Part shown: positions 26,425 to 37,198 of the stretch, one piece after another | Position numbering within the stretch: the stretch's first letter is position 1 | Layout: every line of letters starts with the position of its first letter | Assembly (NCBI GenBank): GCA_913043205.1 | Contig: CAJWLF010000014.1 | Coordinates: 226 to 64,225 of the forward strand | Direction of reading: 5' to 3' | Source: an uncultured Chloroflexota bacterium | GTDB taxonomy: Bacteria; Chloroflexota; UBA11872; VXNJ01 | Length of the DNA stretch: 64,000 nucleotides | The notes under the pieces: model-generated | What the model was told of the DNA's origin: nothing | The model's database searches: none | What the model saw: only the letters and a program-made list of their open reading frames with translations | Translations under genes and position numbers: made by a program

Positions 26425-27488
26425 ACCACATCGCCGTCTCCATCGAAAACACAAGTCGTTCCATACTGCCAAATGAGATAGCCTCCCACATTAACAATCG
26501 TGCGCGCACATTGGATCGTGGAGATGAAAGAGCATTTTCTAACGTCCAAATACTCAGCCAATCCTCAATCTCCGATATGGGGTTACCCGGTGAAGCTAGT
26601 CGCATCTCTGAAATGGCTAACGTTATTGTGTCTGTGGCTGAGTTATGCATGAGCTCTGCTTTTTCTTTGTGGGCGCACCGGATGGCAATCGAGTACCTAC
26701 ACCGTTGCACAAACGCAAATCTACAACATTTATTACAGCAACAAATTCGCCCTGCAAAGGTAGCAGGATCAACCGCATTAGCCACTGCATTCATGGACAC
26801 CCTTGGCCTAAGATCCATGCCCGTACAATACAGGCGCAATAATGATCACATCATCTTAAACGGATCAATCCCATGGGCATCCAATCTTCGAGCTGAAGGT
26901 TTTGTCGCAGTTCTCGGAGCTGCAGGTGATTCCGGAGATCGAATAATCGTAGCTGTTCCTTCTAATGTAGAAGGGTTGGTGGTGGATCCATACCCGGACC
27001 TGATGGCACTACAAGCAACTGACTCTTCTTCGTTTGGGCTATACGACTGCCAAATTAGCCTCGACCACATAATTTCGTATGAAGCCGCCGATTTCCTAAA
27101 GGCCGTTCGCCCCACTTTCTTAACCCTTCAATCAGCTTTATGTTTTGGAATTGGGAATGCTGCTAAGAAGTCTGCTGAAGAAAGCTTGTCAGGAATAGCA
27201 AAGGAGTTCCATAGCGATTACGACTCCCTGTGTAAGTCATGGGAATCGCTGAGGTCTCGTTATGAGAACACTTTGGATAATCAGGACAACACAAATCTTG
27301 TAGAGTTGCTCAGTATACGCTTGGCATCTGCACAAGTAGCACAGTCTCTTGTCACGCTGGAAGCCAAGATACTTGGCGGACGGGCATATGTGAACACCTC
27401 CCCCACCGCTCGGAGGATGCGTGAAGCAGCCTTTCTACCAGTGCAATCTCCTACAGAAGCACAATTGCTTTGGGAACTACAACAGTAA
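26421..27488 (+). CDS. Acyl-CoA dehydrogenase-fold family protein
   Basis: A middle beta-domain motif ILNGSIPWASN (cf. LNG.K.WITN) and a helical C-terminal domain. The catalytic base is not obvious. Confidence 0.5.
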   Translation: MNHIAVSIENTSRSILPNEIASHINNRARTLDRGDERAFSNVQILSQSSISDMGLPGEASRISEMANVIVSVAELCMSSAFSLWAHRMAIEYLHRCTNANLQHLLQQQIRPAKVAGSTALATAFMDTLGLRSMPVQYRRNNDHIILNGSIPWASNLRAEGFVAVLGAAGDSGDRIIVAVPSNVEGLVVDPYPDLMALQATDSSSFGLYDCQISLDHIISYEAADFLKAVRPTFLTLQSALCFGIGNAAKKSAEESLSGIAKEFHSDYDSLCKSWESLRSRYENTLDNQDNTNLVELLSIRLASAQVAQSLVTLEAKILGGRAYVNTSPTARRMREAAFLPVQSPTEAQLLWELQQ

Positions 27489-28258
27489 CCTTGCGGGGGG
27501 CGACCCGCGTACATACAAACAAAGGTGCATCCACTACAGCTTTCAGCAACCTGGACTTAGAAATTCTCCAAGGCGAACTTTTTGCTGTAGTGGGGCCGAG
27601 TGGTTCAGGCAAGTCAACATTACTAAAAGTAATTGCAGGGCTAGAGCAGTTAACAGAGGGTGAAATATTGTTTCACCATGAATCCGGCAATAACCCCCGA
27701 GCATCATTAGTTTTTCAAGAGCCTTTGTTATTACCATGGCTAAGCATCAGGGAAAATATAGCCTTAGGATTTCGATATCAGTCTAACTCTCATGCCAAGG
27801 ATGACGAGTACCTAGACCACACACTCGACGCCTTTGGCCTGTCAGTAATAGCGAACAAGAAGCCTAAACATGTTTCCGGCGGACAGGCACAAAGGGCTGC
27901 ATTAGCTAGAGCAGTGGTCGTGAATCCCAAAATACTGCTACTCGATGAACCATTCTCGGCCCTAGACCCAGCCACACGCAAAAGACTGCAAGATTGGCTG
28001 TTGCAAATCCGAGACAAATTTCAACTCACTGTAGTACTGGTAACACATGACGTAGACGAAGCTCTCTACCTTGGCGATCGAGCCGGACTTCTGCGCGCTG
28101 GGGCTGGATTCGAACGAACCTGGAATTTGTCCAACAGGAATGATCAGTACAGTAGAGAAGTAAGGACAGAATTGATATCGCTCTACCAATCAGATCTCAG
28201 CCAGGACGCCCTTGAGCGGACAGTATCACACCGAGGTTCAACAAACTACACAATTTAG
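27470..28258 (+). CDS. ABC transporter ATP-binding protein (NitT/TauT family)
   Basis: Walker A GPSGSGKST, signature LSGGQAQR, and Walker B LLLDEPFSALD. Confidence 0.9.
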   Translation: MGTTTVTLRGATRVHTNKGASTTAFSNLDLEILQGELFAVVGPSGSGKSTLLKVIAGLEQLTEGEILFHHESGNNPRASLVFQEPLLLPWLSIRENIALGFRYQSNSHAKDDEYLDHTLDAFGLSVIANKKPKHVSGGQAQRAALARAVVVNPKILLLDEPFSALDPATRKRLQDWLLQIRDKFQLTVVLVTHDVDEALYLGDRAGLLRAGAGFERTWNLSNRNDQYSREVRTELISLYQSDLSQDALERTVSHRGSTNYTI

Positions 28259-28269
28259 ATATACAGCAA

Positions 28270-29514
28270 ATGGAGGAACTACATATGAAAAAACCCATAA
28301 AACTAACGAAGAAACCGGCTATTCGCTTGCCACGAAGACAAGTGTTAAAACTGGCCATGGGTAGCACTATCGGTGCTGCAGTACTAGCAGGTTGCTCAAA
28401 CGTAAGTGAGAAGAATCCGGAACCAAGCACCAAAATCGCGCCGAGTGGACTCGAGGCTAAAGTTGGCTACTTGCCAATTACCGATGGAACATCAATCGTG
28501 CTGCCGCATGCACTGGGTTATTACGGAAACGAGGGAATAAAAGTAGAACGCCCCAAGCTGATTCGAGGTTGGTCCGGAATAATTGAAGCCTTTCAAAGCC
28601 GGCAAATAGACATTGTGCATGTATTGATGCCTATAGCTGTCAATCTGAGATTTGGACAGGATTTTCCTGCAAAGGTGGTGGCTTGGGCGCACACAGACGG
28701 ATCTGCACTGACCGTCCGGAAAGACATTGACTCTGTGGAAGAACTAGCCGGAAAAACCGTAGCTGTACCGTTTTGGCACTCCATTCACAACGTGGCAATG
28801 CAAATGTTGCTCCGAAAAGCTGGTCTCGAACCAGTAACGTCCGGAGAGATACCCAAAGATTCTCGGTCGGTCAAACTTGTTGTAATGGCACCACCAGATA
28901 TGCTGCCAGCACTGGCCAACGGATCAATAGCAGGCTACATAGTAGCCGACCCTTTTAATGCTGCAGCAGAGGTAAAGGATGCAGGCAAAGTACTCCGATT
29001 TAGTGGCGACATATGGCTAAATCATGCTTGCTGTGTAGCGATCGCACATGAGGACATCACTAAACGTAATCCTGACTTAGCTCAAGGTTTGGTTAACGCA
29101 ATATCCAAATCTCAGCTATACGCACGAAACAATAGATCCGAAACCGCAGCAATATTGTCGAAAGACGGAGAAGGGTATCTCCCTCAACCACTTGCCGCTA
29201 TCGAAAGAGCGTTGACCCACTACGATAAGACAGAGTATCAATCCTCTGGGGCAATTCAGCATTCAGCTTGGGAAAATGAGCGCATAGACTTTCAGCCATT
29301 TCCCTACCCCTCATACACCAAGTCGTTAGTAGACCATATGAAGAACACAAAGATTGATGGAGACCAGTCCTTCCTTCAGCAACTAGAATCCGCTTCTGCA
29401 CACGAGAAGCTCGTAGATGATCGATATGTGAGAAATGCCATAAAATCTTTGGGAGGACCGTCTGCATTCGATATACCAGACTCGCTCGCACGCGAGGAAA
29501 CCATTGAGGTATAG
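28270..29514 (+). CDS. ABC transporter substrate-binding lipoprotein (NitT/TauT / NMT1-like) with a Tat signal
   Basis: RRQVLKLAMGSTIGAAVLAGCSN is a twin-arginine signal plus lipobox. SsuA/TauA-like fold. It lies between the ATPase and permease genes. Confidence 0.75.
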   Translation: MEELHMKKPIKLTKKPAIRLPRRQVLKLAMGSTIGAAVLAGCSNVSEKNPEPSTKIAPSGLEAKVGYLPITDGTSIVLPHALGYYGNEGIKVERPKLIRGWSGIIEAFQSRQIDIVHVLMPIAVNLRFGQDFPAKVVAWAHTDGSALTVRKDIDSVEELAGKTVAVPFWHSIHNVAMQMLLRKAGLEPVTSGEIPKDSRSVKLVVMAPPDMLPALANGSIAGYIVADPFNAAAEVKDAGKVLRFSGDIWLNHACCVAIAHEDITKRNPDLAQGLVNAISKSQLYARNNRSETAAILSKDGEGYLPQPLAAIERALTHYDKTEYQSSGAIQHSAWENERIDFQPFPYPSYTKSLVDHMKNTKIDGDQSFLQQLESASAHEKLVDDRYVRNAIKSLGGPSAFDIPDSLAREETIEV

Positions 29515-29595
29515 CTATGGTGAAGACTAGGGCAAAGCAAGACTCTCGAAAGTGAGGGCATAATTAGACGCTTAGGCCTGCCCTGTTTAGGGATC

Positions 29596-30321
29596 ATGTT
29601 AGGGTCGTCATTGTGGTGGCTGACCACCTCAGTGCTAACTAATGATGACCATCTACTGACAAGATTTGGCCCCGTAGACACCGTGGAAGCCCTACACACA
29701 TTCTTTTTCGCCTATGATGGCGTTAGTCAGGTCGTAGCTAGCACTCAGAGACTGTTAGTAGGTCTCCTGATTGCGTCCTTAGTCGGTGCGCCAATAGGAA
29801 TAGCTATTGGAGTCAGTAGGCCTCTAGAATCGGCTAGCAGTGTGTTAATGCAGTTCTTACGGATGATATCACCCCTGTCCTGGACTCCAATAGCTCTCAT
29901 TTTGTTCGGAATCGGAGATACACCGGTATATTTTTTAGTTGCAATTGGATCAGTATGGCCAATTGTCATTAACACCGCTGCAGGAGTTAAATCTGTAGAT
30001 CCGCGCTGGAAATTACTCGCAAAAAGCTTAGGGGCTACTCCCATGGAAACTCTAATCTCTATCATACTTCCAGCTATACAAACGCATGTTTTGACAGGGA
30101 TAAGAGTAGCCTTAGGAATTGGATGGGTAGTGTTGGTGCCAGCAGAAATGCTCGGAGTAGATAATGGACTTGGATACTCTATTTTAGATGCTAGAGATCG
30201 TCTGGAATACGGAGAAGTGACCGCAGTTATATTAGTCATCGGCTTTATAGGCTTTGTTATGGATCTTGCTTCCCGCAACTTGCTATCAAAAGTCAATAAC
30301 GAATCCCTATCAGCGGCGTAA
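29596..30321 (+). CDS. ABC transporter permease (NitT/TauT family, BPD_transp_1)
   Basis: Multiple TM segments and an EAA-like loop (AKSLGATPMETLISIILPA). Confidence 0.85.
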   Translation: MLGSSLWWLTTSVLTNDDHLLTRFGPVDTVEALHTFFFAYDGVSQVVASTQRLLVGLLIASLVGAPIGIAIGVSRPLESASSVLMQFLRMISPLSWTPIALILFGIGDTPVYFLVAIGSVWPIVINTAAGVKSVDPRWKLLAKSLGATPMETLISIILPAIQTHVLTGIRVALGIGWVVLVPAEMLGVDNGLGYSILDARDRLEYGEVTAVILVIGFIGFVMDLASRNLLSKVNNESLSAA

Positions 30322-30403
30322 TCATTTTGTCAGATTAATAGAATTCACAACACGATGCTGCCAAGTGCACGACTAACTTATATCATTAGAATAACCAGTC
30401 TCA

Positions 30404-31072
30404 TTGAACACTAAGGCACATATCAATTCGATAGGATTTATTATGCCCGGTCAGAGGCCCACAAAACGCGAACGACGCCTTTCAGCGCGAGCAAAAAAAA
30501 ATGCAGAACAACGCCGCACGCGTAGAATGCAAAAAATACGATCCACTATCTGGCTAATCGTGATATTTGGAGTAATCGGCTTCGTGCTCTTTTTAATAGG
30601 AAGAGATCCCAACCCCTCGTCTTCTGAAGCGACATCCATCGTATCTAACCGTTACATGGTGGAAAATCAGGGTGATAATCACGTGCCTCAAGGCACTTTG
30701 ATAACATACGACCGCCTCCCTCCATCGTCAGGAACCCACTACGCTAATCCTTCACAACACGGGGTGTTCACCGTACCTGTGTCTGAAGGAAACTGGATTC
30801 AAAACCTAGAGCAAGGAAGTATCGTACTTTTGTACAAATGCACTAATCCGGATGAATGTGAAGATACAGCTGACAAAATCAGAGCCGTCTATAATTCTTT
30901 GCCAAAAGGTGCGTCGGGCGAGATACAATTCTTGGCCACACCATACACCAACTTACCATCGGCATATGCCTTACTAGCTTGGACCTGGCAAGAAGACATG
31001 GCGGTACTCGAACCTGCTCGGATCGAACGTTTTTATCGAGACTTGGTCGACAACGGACCAATCAAACAGTAA
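30404..31072 (+). CDS. DUF3105-like membrane-anchored protein
   Basis: A basic N-terminus, one TM helix, and a PPSSGTHY motif typical of DUF3105. Confidence 0.45.
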   Translation: MNTKAHINSIGFIMPGQRPTKRERRLSARAKKNAEQRRTRRMQKIRSTIWLIVIFGVIGFVLFLIGRDPNPSSSEATSIVSNRYMVENQGDNHVPQGTLITYDRLPPSSGTHYANPSQHGVFTVPVSEGNWIQNLEQGSIVLLYKCTNPDECEDTADKIRAVYNSLPKGASGEIQFLATPYTNLPSAYALLAWTWQEDMAVLEPARIERFYRDLVDNGPIKQ

Positions 31073-31112
31073 TAGGGTAAAGATAAACACTCACTCATAA
31101 ATAGACTCCAGA

Positions 31113-32936
31113 TTGGAAGGATGCCTGATGAAAGCTGAACACCCCACCCCTACTAGTAGTGCTGATGGAGTCGCTTGGGATTTAAGCGATCTGTATGCGT
31201 CTACAGACGACCCTAAGATAGCCTCTGATCTTCAGGAGGCGAAGTGCCGTGCCGATTCGTTCGCTCAACAATACCGAGGCCAATTAGCACAATTAGACAA
31301 TTCTAGTTTTTATACTGCCATTGCAGAACTGCAGTCGATTCTCGAACAAGCGGATGCGCCCGTAATTTTCGCCCACCTGTTACACGCTTCGAAAAGTGAC
31401 AATCCTGACCACGGAAAATTGTTGAGCACCGTCATGGAGCAGAGCTCGATCATTAGAACAAAATTAGTGTTCTTTGAATTAGAATGGAGTCAACTAGATG
31501 AAAATATAACTACTAAATTCATCAATGCTGACGAATTACAACCATTTCGGCACTTCCTTGAAAAAGAATTACTATTCCAACCACACCGATTAGATGAATC
31601 AGTAGAAACAGCACTTGAAATAAAATCAAATACCGGTAGCAGAGCTTTCTCAAGACTTTTTGACGAAATTACTGGGCGAATCCAGTGTGAGGTGGAACTT
31701 CCAAAAGAAACTAAGCGACTCAATGAATCTGAAACTCTCGCGCTACTACATGACCCTGATAGAGAGGTACGTAAAGCAGCATCAATAGCTTTAACTCGAT
31801 CTCTGGACGACAACCAGCACGTACTCACCTATATCTTTAACGTCTTACTGCAAGATCACAAAGTGGATGACCAACTCAGATCCTTTAAGTCGCCTATGGC
31901 TTCACGCAATCTTGCCAACGAAATTGACCAGAATACCGTCGATGCATTGATGACCGCCAGTGAGAATGCATATCCAACAGTACAGCGATTCTATCGCTTA
32001 AAGAAAAAATTGTTAGGCCTTGATGAATTATTTGACTATGATCGATACGCCCCCATATTCCTCGATCAACCTTCCGTAGAATGGAGTATGTGTCGAGAAA
32101 TAATCACTGAAAGTTACCGACAATTTTCCCCAGAGGCCGGGGAGATAGTAGAAATGTTTTTCGATAAGAAATGGATCGATGCCGAACTGCGGTCCGGAAA
32201 GCGAGGTGGGGCATTTAGTGCTAGCGGTCCGTCTCGAGCACATCCATACATCCTATGTAATTACACGGACCGGATGCGGGATGTCATGACTGTCGCTCAT
32301 GAACTCGGGCACGGTATACACCAATACCTGTCCCAAGAGGTCGGATATTTGCAGGCCCATACACCCCTTACCACTGCTGAAACAGCCTCCGTATTTGGCG
32401 AAATGATCGTATTTCACCGCTTAATGGAAGGAAGCAAAAGTCCAAGAGATCGACTAGCCCTTTTGACAGGAAAAATTGAGGATGCTTTTGCCACAGTATT
32501 TCGACAGATAGTACTCAGTCGATTTGAACAACTTGCCCATACTGCCAGAAGGAGCGAAGGCGAACTAAATCCTAATCGCATTGGAGAATTATGGATCGAG
32601 GCAAATTCCCCAATGCATGGGGATACCGTAACACTTACTGACAATTACTCGAGGTGGTGGAGCTATATACCGCACTTTATCCATACTCCTTTCTACACAT
32701 ACGCCTACAGTTTTGGTGAGCTCCTTGTACTGGCCCTATACAGAACCTACGAGATTCGGGGGGCAGACTTTGTTCCAGACTACATGGACATGCTCAGAAA
32801 AGGTGGTTCTGTCGGACCTGCAGAACTCGTAAGGCCTCTAGGGATGGACATTTCGGACGCAAGCTTCTGGAACAAAGGGTTATCACTACTCGAAGTTATG
32901 GTTAAAGAAGCTGATTCTTTGGCAGATGAGTTATAG
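31113..32936 (+). CDS. pepF: M3B oligoendopeptidase F family metallopeptidase
   Basis: HELGHGIHQ zinc motif. The ~600 aa length fits PepF. Confidence 0.85.
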   Translation: MEGCLMKAEHPTPTSSADGVAWDLSDLYASTDDPKIASDLQEAKCRADSFAQQYRGQLAQLDNSSFYTAIAELQSILEQADAPVIFAHLLHASKSDNPDHGKLLSTVMEQSSIIRTKLVFFELEWSQLDENITTKFINADELQPFRHFLEKELLFQPHRLDESVETALEIKSNTGSRAFSRLFDEITGRIQCEVELPKETKRLNESETLALLHDPDREVRKAASIALTRSLDDNQHVLTYIFNVLLQDHKVDDQLRSFKSPMASRNLANEIDQNTVDALMTASENAYPTVQRFYRLKKKLLGLDELFDYDRYAPIFLDQPSVEWSMCREIITESYRQFSPEAGEIVEMFFDKKWIDAELRSGKRGGAFSASGPSRAHPYILCNYTDRMRDVMTVAHELGHGIHQYLSQEVGYLQAHTPLTTAETASVFGEMIVFHRLMEGSKSPRDRLALLTGKIEDAFATVFRQIVLSRFEQLAHTARRSEGELNPNRIGELWIEANSPMHGDTVTLTDNYSRWWSYIPHFIHTPFYTYAYSFGELLVLALYRTYEIRGADFVPDYMDMLRKGGSVGPAELVRPLGMDISDASFWNKGLSLLEVMVKEADSLADEL

Positions 32937-32955
32937 CTCACCAAACTATAGTGAC

Positions 32956-34014
32956 TTATACCGGCTCAAAAAGATGGTGCACCACAACCCATTCCCGCCC
33001 TCCCTGATAAGCAAACAATTCCTCGCATGCTATGAGAAATAATCTCCAGCGAGCCACCCATAATAAACAATCTTTTGGCCCATAGAATTCGCGGAATATT
33101 CCCAGAACTGCTTCGCGATTCATATCAAGGTTGCAAAGCCATGCGCGAAGAGTTCGTGCATAATGCTGGCCATTAAGCACCCATCTCTTAACGGTCTTCA
33201 ATGTTGTTATTTGACTATCATAATGGTCGATATTCGGCATCATGCCGCCACTAAAAAACCACTTAGCCATCCAACCGTCCTCAATCTCAAATGTATATGT
33301 ATGCTTCATATGGCTAAAAACATGTGCAAAAATGCATCCCCGGCGCTCAAGAATTTGACTCAAATAGTCGAGCACAGGCCCAGCATTTCTAATGTGCTCC
33401 AGCATTTCCACACTCACAATCCGGTCGAAACGACCGTCAATCCCTAAGTCTAAAGATGCCACGTCTCTCCTCATCACAGTCAGATTCGTTAGCTTCAAAG
33501 TTGCTGCTCGAGATCGGATAAATTCTTCCTGAGTCCTAGAATTGCTTATAGCCGTAATTTCCGATCTGGAATACCTTTGCGCTGCCCATATTGAAAACGC
33601 CCCCCATCCGCTACCTAAATCTAATATTCTTTGCCCATCTTCAAGCGCTGCCCGCTCCGCCATTGTTTCCAGCATTGCGTCTTCAGCACTTGCGAGATCA
33701 GTATCAAAGTCGGGCCAAAATGCACTACTGTACTTAAGGCGCGGACCAAGTATGAGCCCAAAAAATTCGGTTGGAACTTCATAGTGCTGTCTATTTGCTT
33801 TACTCGTTTCAACAGCAATAGGATCATCAGCAAAACTTACTTTTAGCGAATTAGATTTGGCGACTGTACCCTGCTGCTTCAAACGACTTTTAAGCGCTGC
33901 TCGTACGGCAATACGGATAAGGCTATCGGGCATCAATTTAACCCCAGCAAGCCATTCATATCTTGCCAGCCAATTTGTGTAAGAACTAGAACCCACCCAA
34001 CCCTCTACTATCAA
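32956..34014 (-). CDS. Cyclopropane-fatty-acyl-phospholipid synthase family SAM-dependent methyltransferase
   Basis: HYEVPTEFFGLILGPRLKYSSAFW is a CFAS signature. The SAM motif is ILDLGSGWG. Confidence 0.8.
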   Translation of the reverse strand: MIVEGWVGSSSYTNWLARYEWLAGVKLMPDSLIRIAVRAALKSRLKQQGTVAKSNSLKVSFADDPIAVETSKANRQHYEVPTEFFGLILGPRLKYSSAFWPDFDTDLASAEDAMLETMAERAALEDGQRILDLGSGWGAFSIWAAQRYSRSEITAISNSRTQEEFIRSRAATLKLTNLTVMRRDVASLDLGIDGRFDRIVSVEMLEHIRNAGPVLDYLSQILERRGCIFAHVFSHMKHTYTFEIEDGWMAKWFFSGGMMPNIDHYDSQITTLKTVKRWVLNGQHYARTLRAWLCNLDMNREAVLGIFREFYGPKDCLLWVARWRLFLIACEELFAYQGGREWVVVHHLFEPV

Positions 34015-34841
34015 TCATCTTGGATTTCAATCCCTAATTTGTAGACTCGACCGCGAGAAATAGAATGCTTTGCCGCCAAATGTATAGAAGCATCTCTATG
34101 GGTCATCCCTTTATCAAAAAGCCCCTTAAGTTCGGATTTCAAAGCCCTATCCGAGATCTCCAACGCAGTAACAGGCCCTGGATTTACGACCAGAGTATAT
34201 TCACCTCGCCCCACAGTTATTACAGGTTCGTTAATCACCTTACCAATAGCACAACTAACCACCTGCTCATGCATCTTAGTCAGTTCCCGACATATAGTGA
34301 CTTGCGTATCTTCTCCTAATCGCTCCGACAACTCAATTACTGTCGCCATTACGGCCTTTGGACCTACAAATATAACTATAGGAAGGCCTATGGACAACGC
34401 TGAATCAAGTATTTCTAGACGCTTTGATTTACGTTCCGGTAAAAACCCTAAAAACGTTGCTCCAGTCGATTCAAAGCCGCTTACAGACAAAGCCGTTGAC
34501 AAAGCTGACGGCCCAGGAACAGGTACGACTGCATGGCCTGACGTGCGTGCTGCTTTGACTAGGATTGCCCCGGGATCAGAAAGGCCAGGGGTGCCGGCGT
34601 CTGTCACGTAAGCAACATCACCATCTTCCAATAGTGACACTACATAATCGACCTTTTTTTTATCGCTATGAGCATGCAATGATTCTACAGATCCTCCAAT
34701 ATCAAAATGTTTAAGTAAACGTCTTGTACGGCGTGTATCCTCCGCCACTACAAAATTAACTTGCTGGAGTATCCTTTGAGCTCTTGGAGAGAGGTCCTCT
34801 AAATTGCCAATCGGAGTACCTACAAGATACAACTGAGCCAT
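34011..34841 (-). CDS. rsmI: 16S rRNA (cytidine1402-2'-O)-methyltransferase
   Basis: LYLVGTPIGNLEDLSPRA...VVAEDTRRT is a TP-methylase N-terminus typical of RsmI. Confidence 0.85.
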   Translation of the reverse strand: MAQLYLVGTPIGNLEDLSPRAQRILQQVNFVVAEDTRRTRRLLKHFDIGGSVESLHAHSDKKKVDYVVSLLEDGDVAYVTDAGTPGLSDPGAILVKAARTSGHAVVPVPGPSALSTALSVSGFESTGATFLGFLPERKSKRLEILDSALSIGLPIVIFVGPKAVMATVIELSERLGEDTQVTICRELTKMHEQVVSCAIGKVINEPVITVGRGEYTLVVNPGPVTALEISDRALKSELKGLFDKGMTHRDASIHLAAKHSISRGRVYKLGIEIQDD

Positions 34842-34893
34842 AATCTGCCCTTCTTTACAAATTGTGCATAATCAGCAATTAACCAGCTTTTCA

Positions 34894-35865
34894 CTAACTA
34901 TAAACACCATTTGCCACCACTTGATCAGGCCAGTCCCCCGATTCCACGGCTAAAGCATTGTCTACACACATTCTCGCAACTTCTCGCTGCGTTTCTGCAG
35001 TAATTCCTGCGACATGTGGGCTGACTATTACATTATCCATAGCTAATAATTCGGAATCTGGATTTGGCTCCCCAATGAAAACATCGAGCCCGGCGCCAGC
35101 TATGGATCCTGATATGAGTGCTTTTTTGAGGGCCCCCTCATCAATCAAAGCCCCTCGAGCAGTATTAACGAGGTAAGCACTAGGCTTCATCATGTCGAGC
35201 ATAGGGGTTGTCACTATCGTTCCAATGTCTTCGGATGCTGGCAAATGCAAGGTGACGAAGTCTGACGTGGCAAATAGATCGTTCAGCTCTACTAAATCAA
35301 CACCCATACCATCTAACTCTTCCTTTTTTACGAACGGATCGTACGCACAAACCTGCATGTTAAATGCATTCGCCCGTCGTGCAACAGCACGTCCTATTCT
35401 GCCCATACCAACAATTCCCAGCACTTTGCCATGTACATTGTTGCTACCTACAGGACTCCAATCCCCATCGCGCAAAATAAGGTGGTTAGATAGCAATTTG
35501 CGAGAAAGACCCAACATAAGGGCAAACGTCATATCAGCAACTGTCTCTGTATTAGCGCCTGGAGTTATACACACCGGAATCCCTCTTGCCTTAGCTTCCT
35601 CTACATCCACACAATCAAATCCTACACCGGTTCGAAATATCCCTTTTAAATCAGTTGCAACACGAATGACTGAAGATGAAACAATATCTGTACCATTAGC
35701 AAAAAGATGTGTAACACCATCGATATCTTTCAGATAATCCGCTTCACTTAACGGTGGAGCAGCAGCACTGACTACCACTTCCCAATTTGCTGCATACAGA
35801 CGGTCCAATTGATCACGCTGAAGCCACGCTTCAGCCATGGGCTTCCCCATAAGAGCCTTGGCCAC
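34894..35865 (-). CDS. D-isomer-specific 2-hydroxyacid dehydrogenase (PGDH / glyoxylate reductase-like)
   Basis: NAD-binding GIVGMGRIGRAVA plus the catalytic R/E/H region. Confidence 0.85.
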   Translation of the reverse strand: MAKALMGKPMAEAWLQRDQLDRLYAANWEVVVSAAAPPLSEADYLKDIDGVTHLFANGTDIVSSSVIRVATDLKGIFRTGVGFDCVDVEEAKARGIPVCITPGANTETVADMTFALMLGLSRKLLSNHLILRDGDWSPVGSNNVHGKVLGIVGMGRIGRAVARRANAFNMQVCAYDPFVKKEELDGMGVDLVELNDLFATSDFVTLHLPASEDIGTIVTTPMLDMMKPSAYLVNTARGALIDEGALKKALISGSIAGAGLDVFIGEPNPDSELLAMDNVIVSPHVAGITAETQREVARMCVDNALAVESGDWPDQVVANGVYS

Positions 35866-35955
35866 GCAATTTACTCCAATTATTTTTTAGCTTATCGTCA
35901 TAACAATTAGAACGGGACTTGACGATACACACAAGACCCAAATCTAAAAAAGGAG

Positions 35956-36318
35956 ATGATTAAATTGCCCTTCATAGACTTAGAGAACGAAGAATGGACC
36001 CACATAATGCCTGGTGTCCGAGCCAAAACCCCGCATGGCGAAAAGATTATGCTGTCATACGTGAAATTTGACAGTGGGTCTTCTGTTCCAGAGCATTCAC
36101 ACCCTCATGAACAGGCATGTCGTGTTCTTGAGGGAGAATTAGAGTTCGTTCTAGGTGGGGAGAAAAAACTTTGCAAGCCAGGTGATATGCTGATCATACC
36201 CGGGGGAGTTCCACATAGTGCTGCAGCTCCAAATGGACCGGTCCTATGTTTAGACATATTCAGTCCGCCGCGCGAAGACTACGCAAACAAACAAAATTCT
36301 TTCATGAGTGATGACTGA
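35956..36318 (+). CDS. Cupin-domain protein
   Basis: Two His-containing cupin motifs (PEHSHPHEQ ... PGGVPH). Confidence 0.65.
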   Translation: MIKLPFIDLENEEWTHIMPGVRAKTPHGEKIMLSYVKFDSGSSVPEHSHPHEQACRVLEGELEFVLGGEKKLCKPGDMLIIPGGVPHSAAAPNGPVLCLDIFSPPREDYANKQNSFMSDD

Positions 36319-36334
36319 AAAATAATTAAATACT

Positions 36335-37198
36335 TCAAACACCCCAATCTCGAGGGTACCTGAACTCCCGCTCAATAGTGCGTTCAGAAATCTTCGCAAT
36401 TATCGGAGGCCTACGTTTGAATTGATTGCGACGCACACGGCTAATTAATTGATCAACAAATTGCAGCTCGATACCCGAAGATGTTATTTCTGGCACAGAC
36501 CAACGCTCATCTATCAATAAGTACAAAAGCCTATCTATATCGCGATATGTAAAGCCAATCTCATCTTCGTCTTGCTGTCCTTCCCATAGATCTGCACTAG
36601 GAGCTTTGTTTACAATAGATTCAGGCAGTTCCATAGCTTCAGAAATTTGGCGAACTTGCGTTTTATATAAATCTCCAAGCGGGTTTATTGCACTCGCCAT
36701 GTCCCCATAAATAGTCCCATATCCCAACAGCAATTCAGTTTTGTTAGAAGTTCCTACAACCAACCCAGTAAATTCTTCGGAGTGATCGTACAAAGCGATC
36801 ATTCGAGCACGGGCCATCACATTTCCTTTACGGATATTGCTCAGTTCATACTCATTCACATAAGCATCAACCATATTGCTAACGTCAATGATTTTTGATT
36901 GAACACCCAGTTTTTCAACTAGTTCCTCTGCGTCATTGCGGCTGGCAGGACTACTAGTGCGGTATGGCATCAATAGCGCTAAAACATTCCCAGGACCCAT
37001 GGCACGAGCAGCTACTGCTAGGCTCAACGCGGAATCAATCCCTCCAGACAACGCTACGACCGCCTTGCTAAACCCAACTTTATTCACTTCATTGCGAATA
37101 AACCCCTCAAGAACACCAATAGCCAACTTAGCATCTAGACACAAATTGTCATCGATTCGATCGATGAAACCACTCTGCGCCGAAGAGAAAGGATTCAC
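36335..37198 (-). CDS. nadE: NAD+ synthetase (synthetase domain only)
   Basis: PP-loop SGGIDSAL. NadE family. Confidence 0.85.
   Translation of the reverse strand: MNPFSSAQSGFIDRIDDNLCLDAKLAIGVLEGFIRNEVNKVGFSKAVVALSGGIDSALSLAVAARAMGPGNVLALLMPYRTSSPASRNDAEELVEKLGVQSKIIDVSNMVDAYVNEYELSNIRKGNVMARARMIALYDHSEEFTGLVVGTSNKTELLLGYGTIYGDMASAINPLGDLYKTQVRQISEAMELPESIVNKAPSADLWEGQQDEDEIGFTYRDIDRLLYLLIDERWSVPEITSSGIELQFVDQLISRVRRNQFKRRPPIIAKISERTIEREFRYPRDWGV

Noticed and set aside
33163-33846. Small plus-strand ORFs inside the CFA-synthase gene
   Set aside because: They are antisense to a strongly supported gene.
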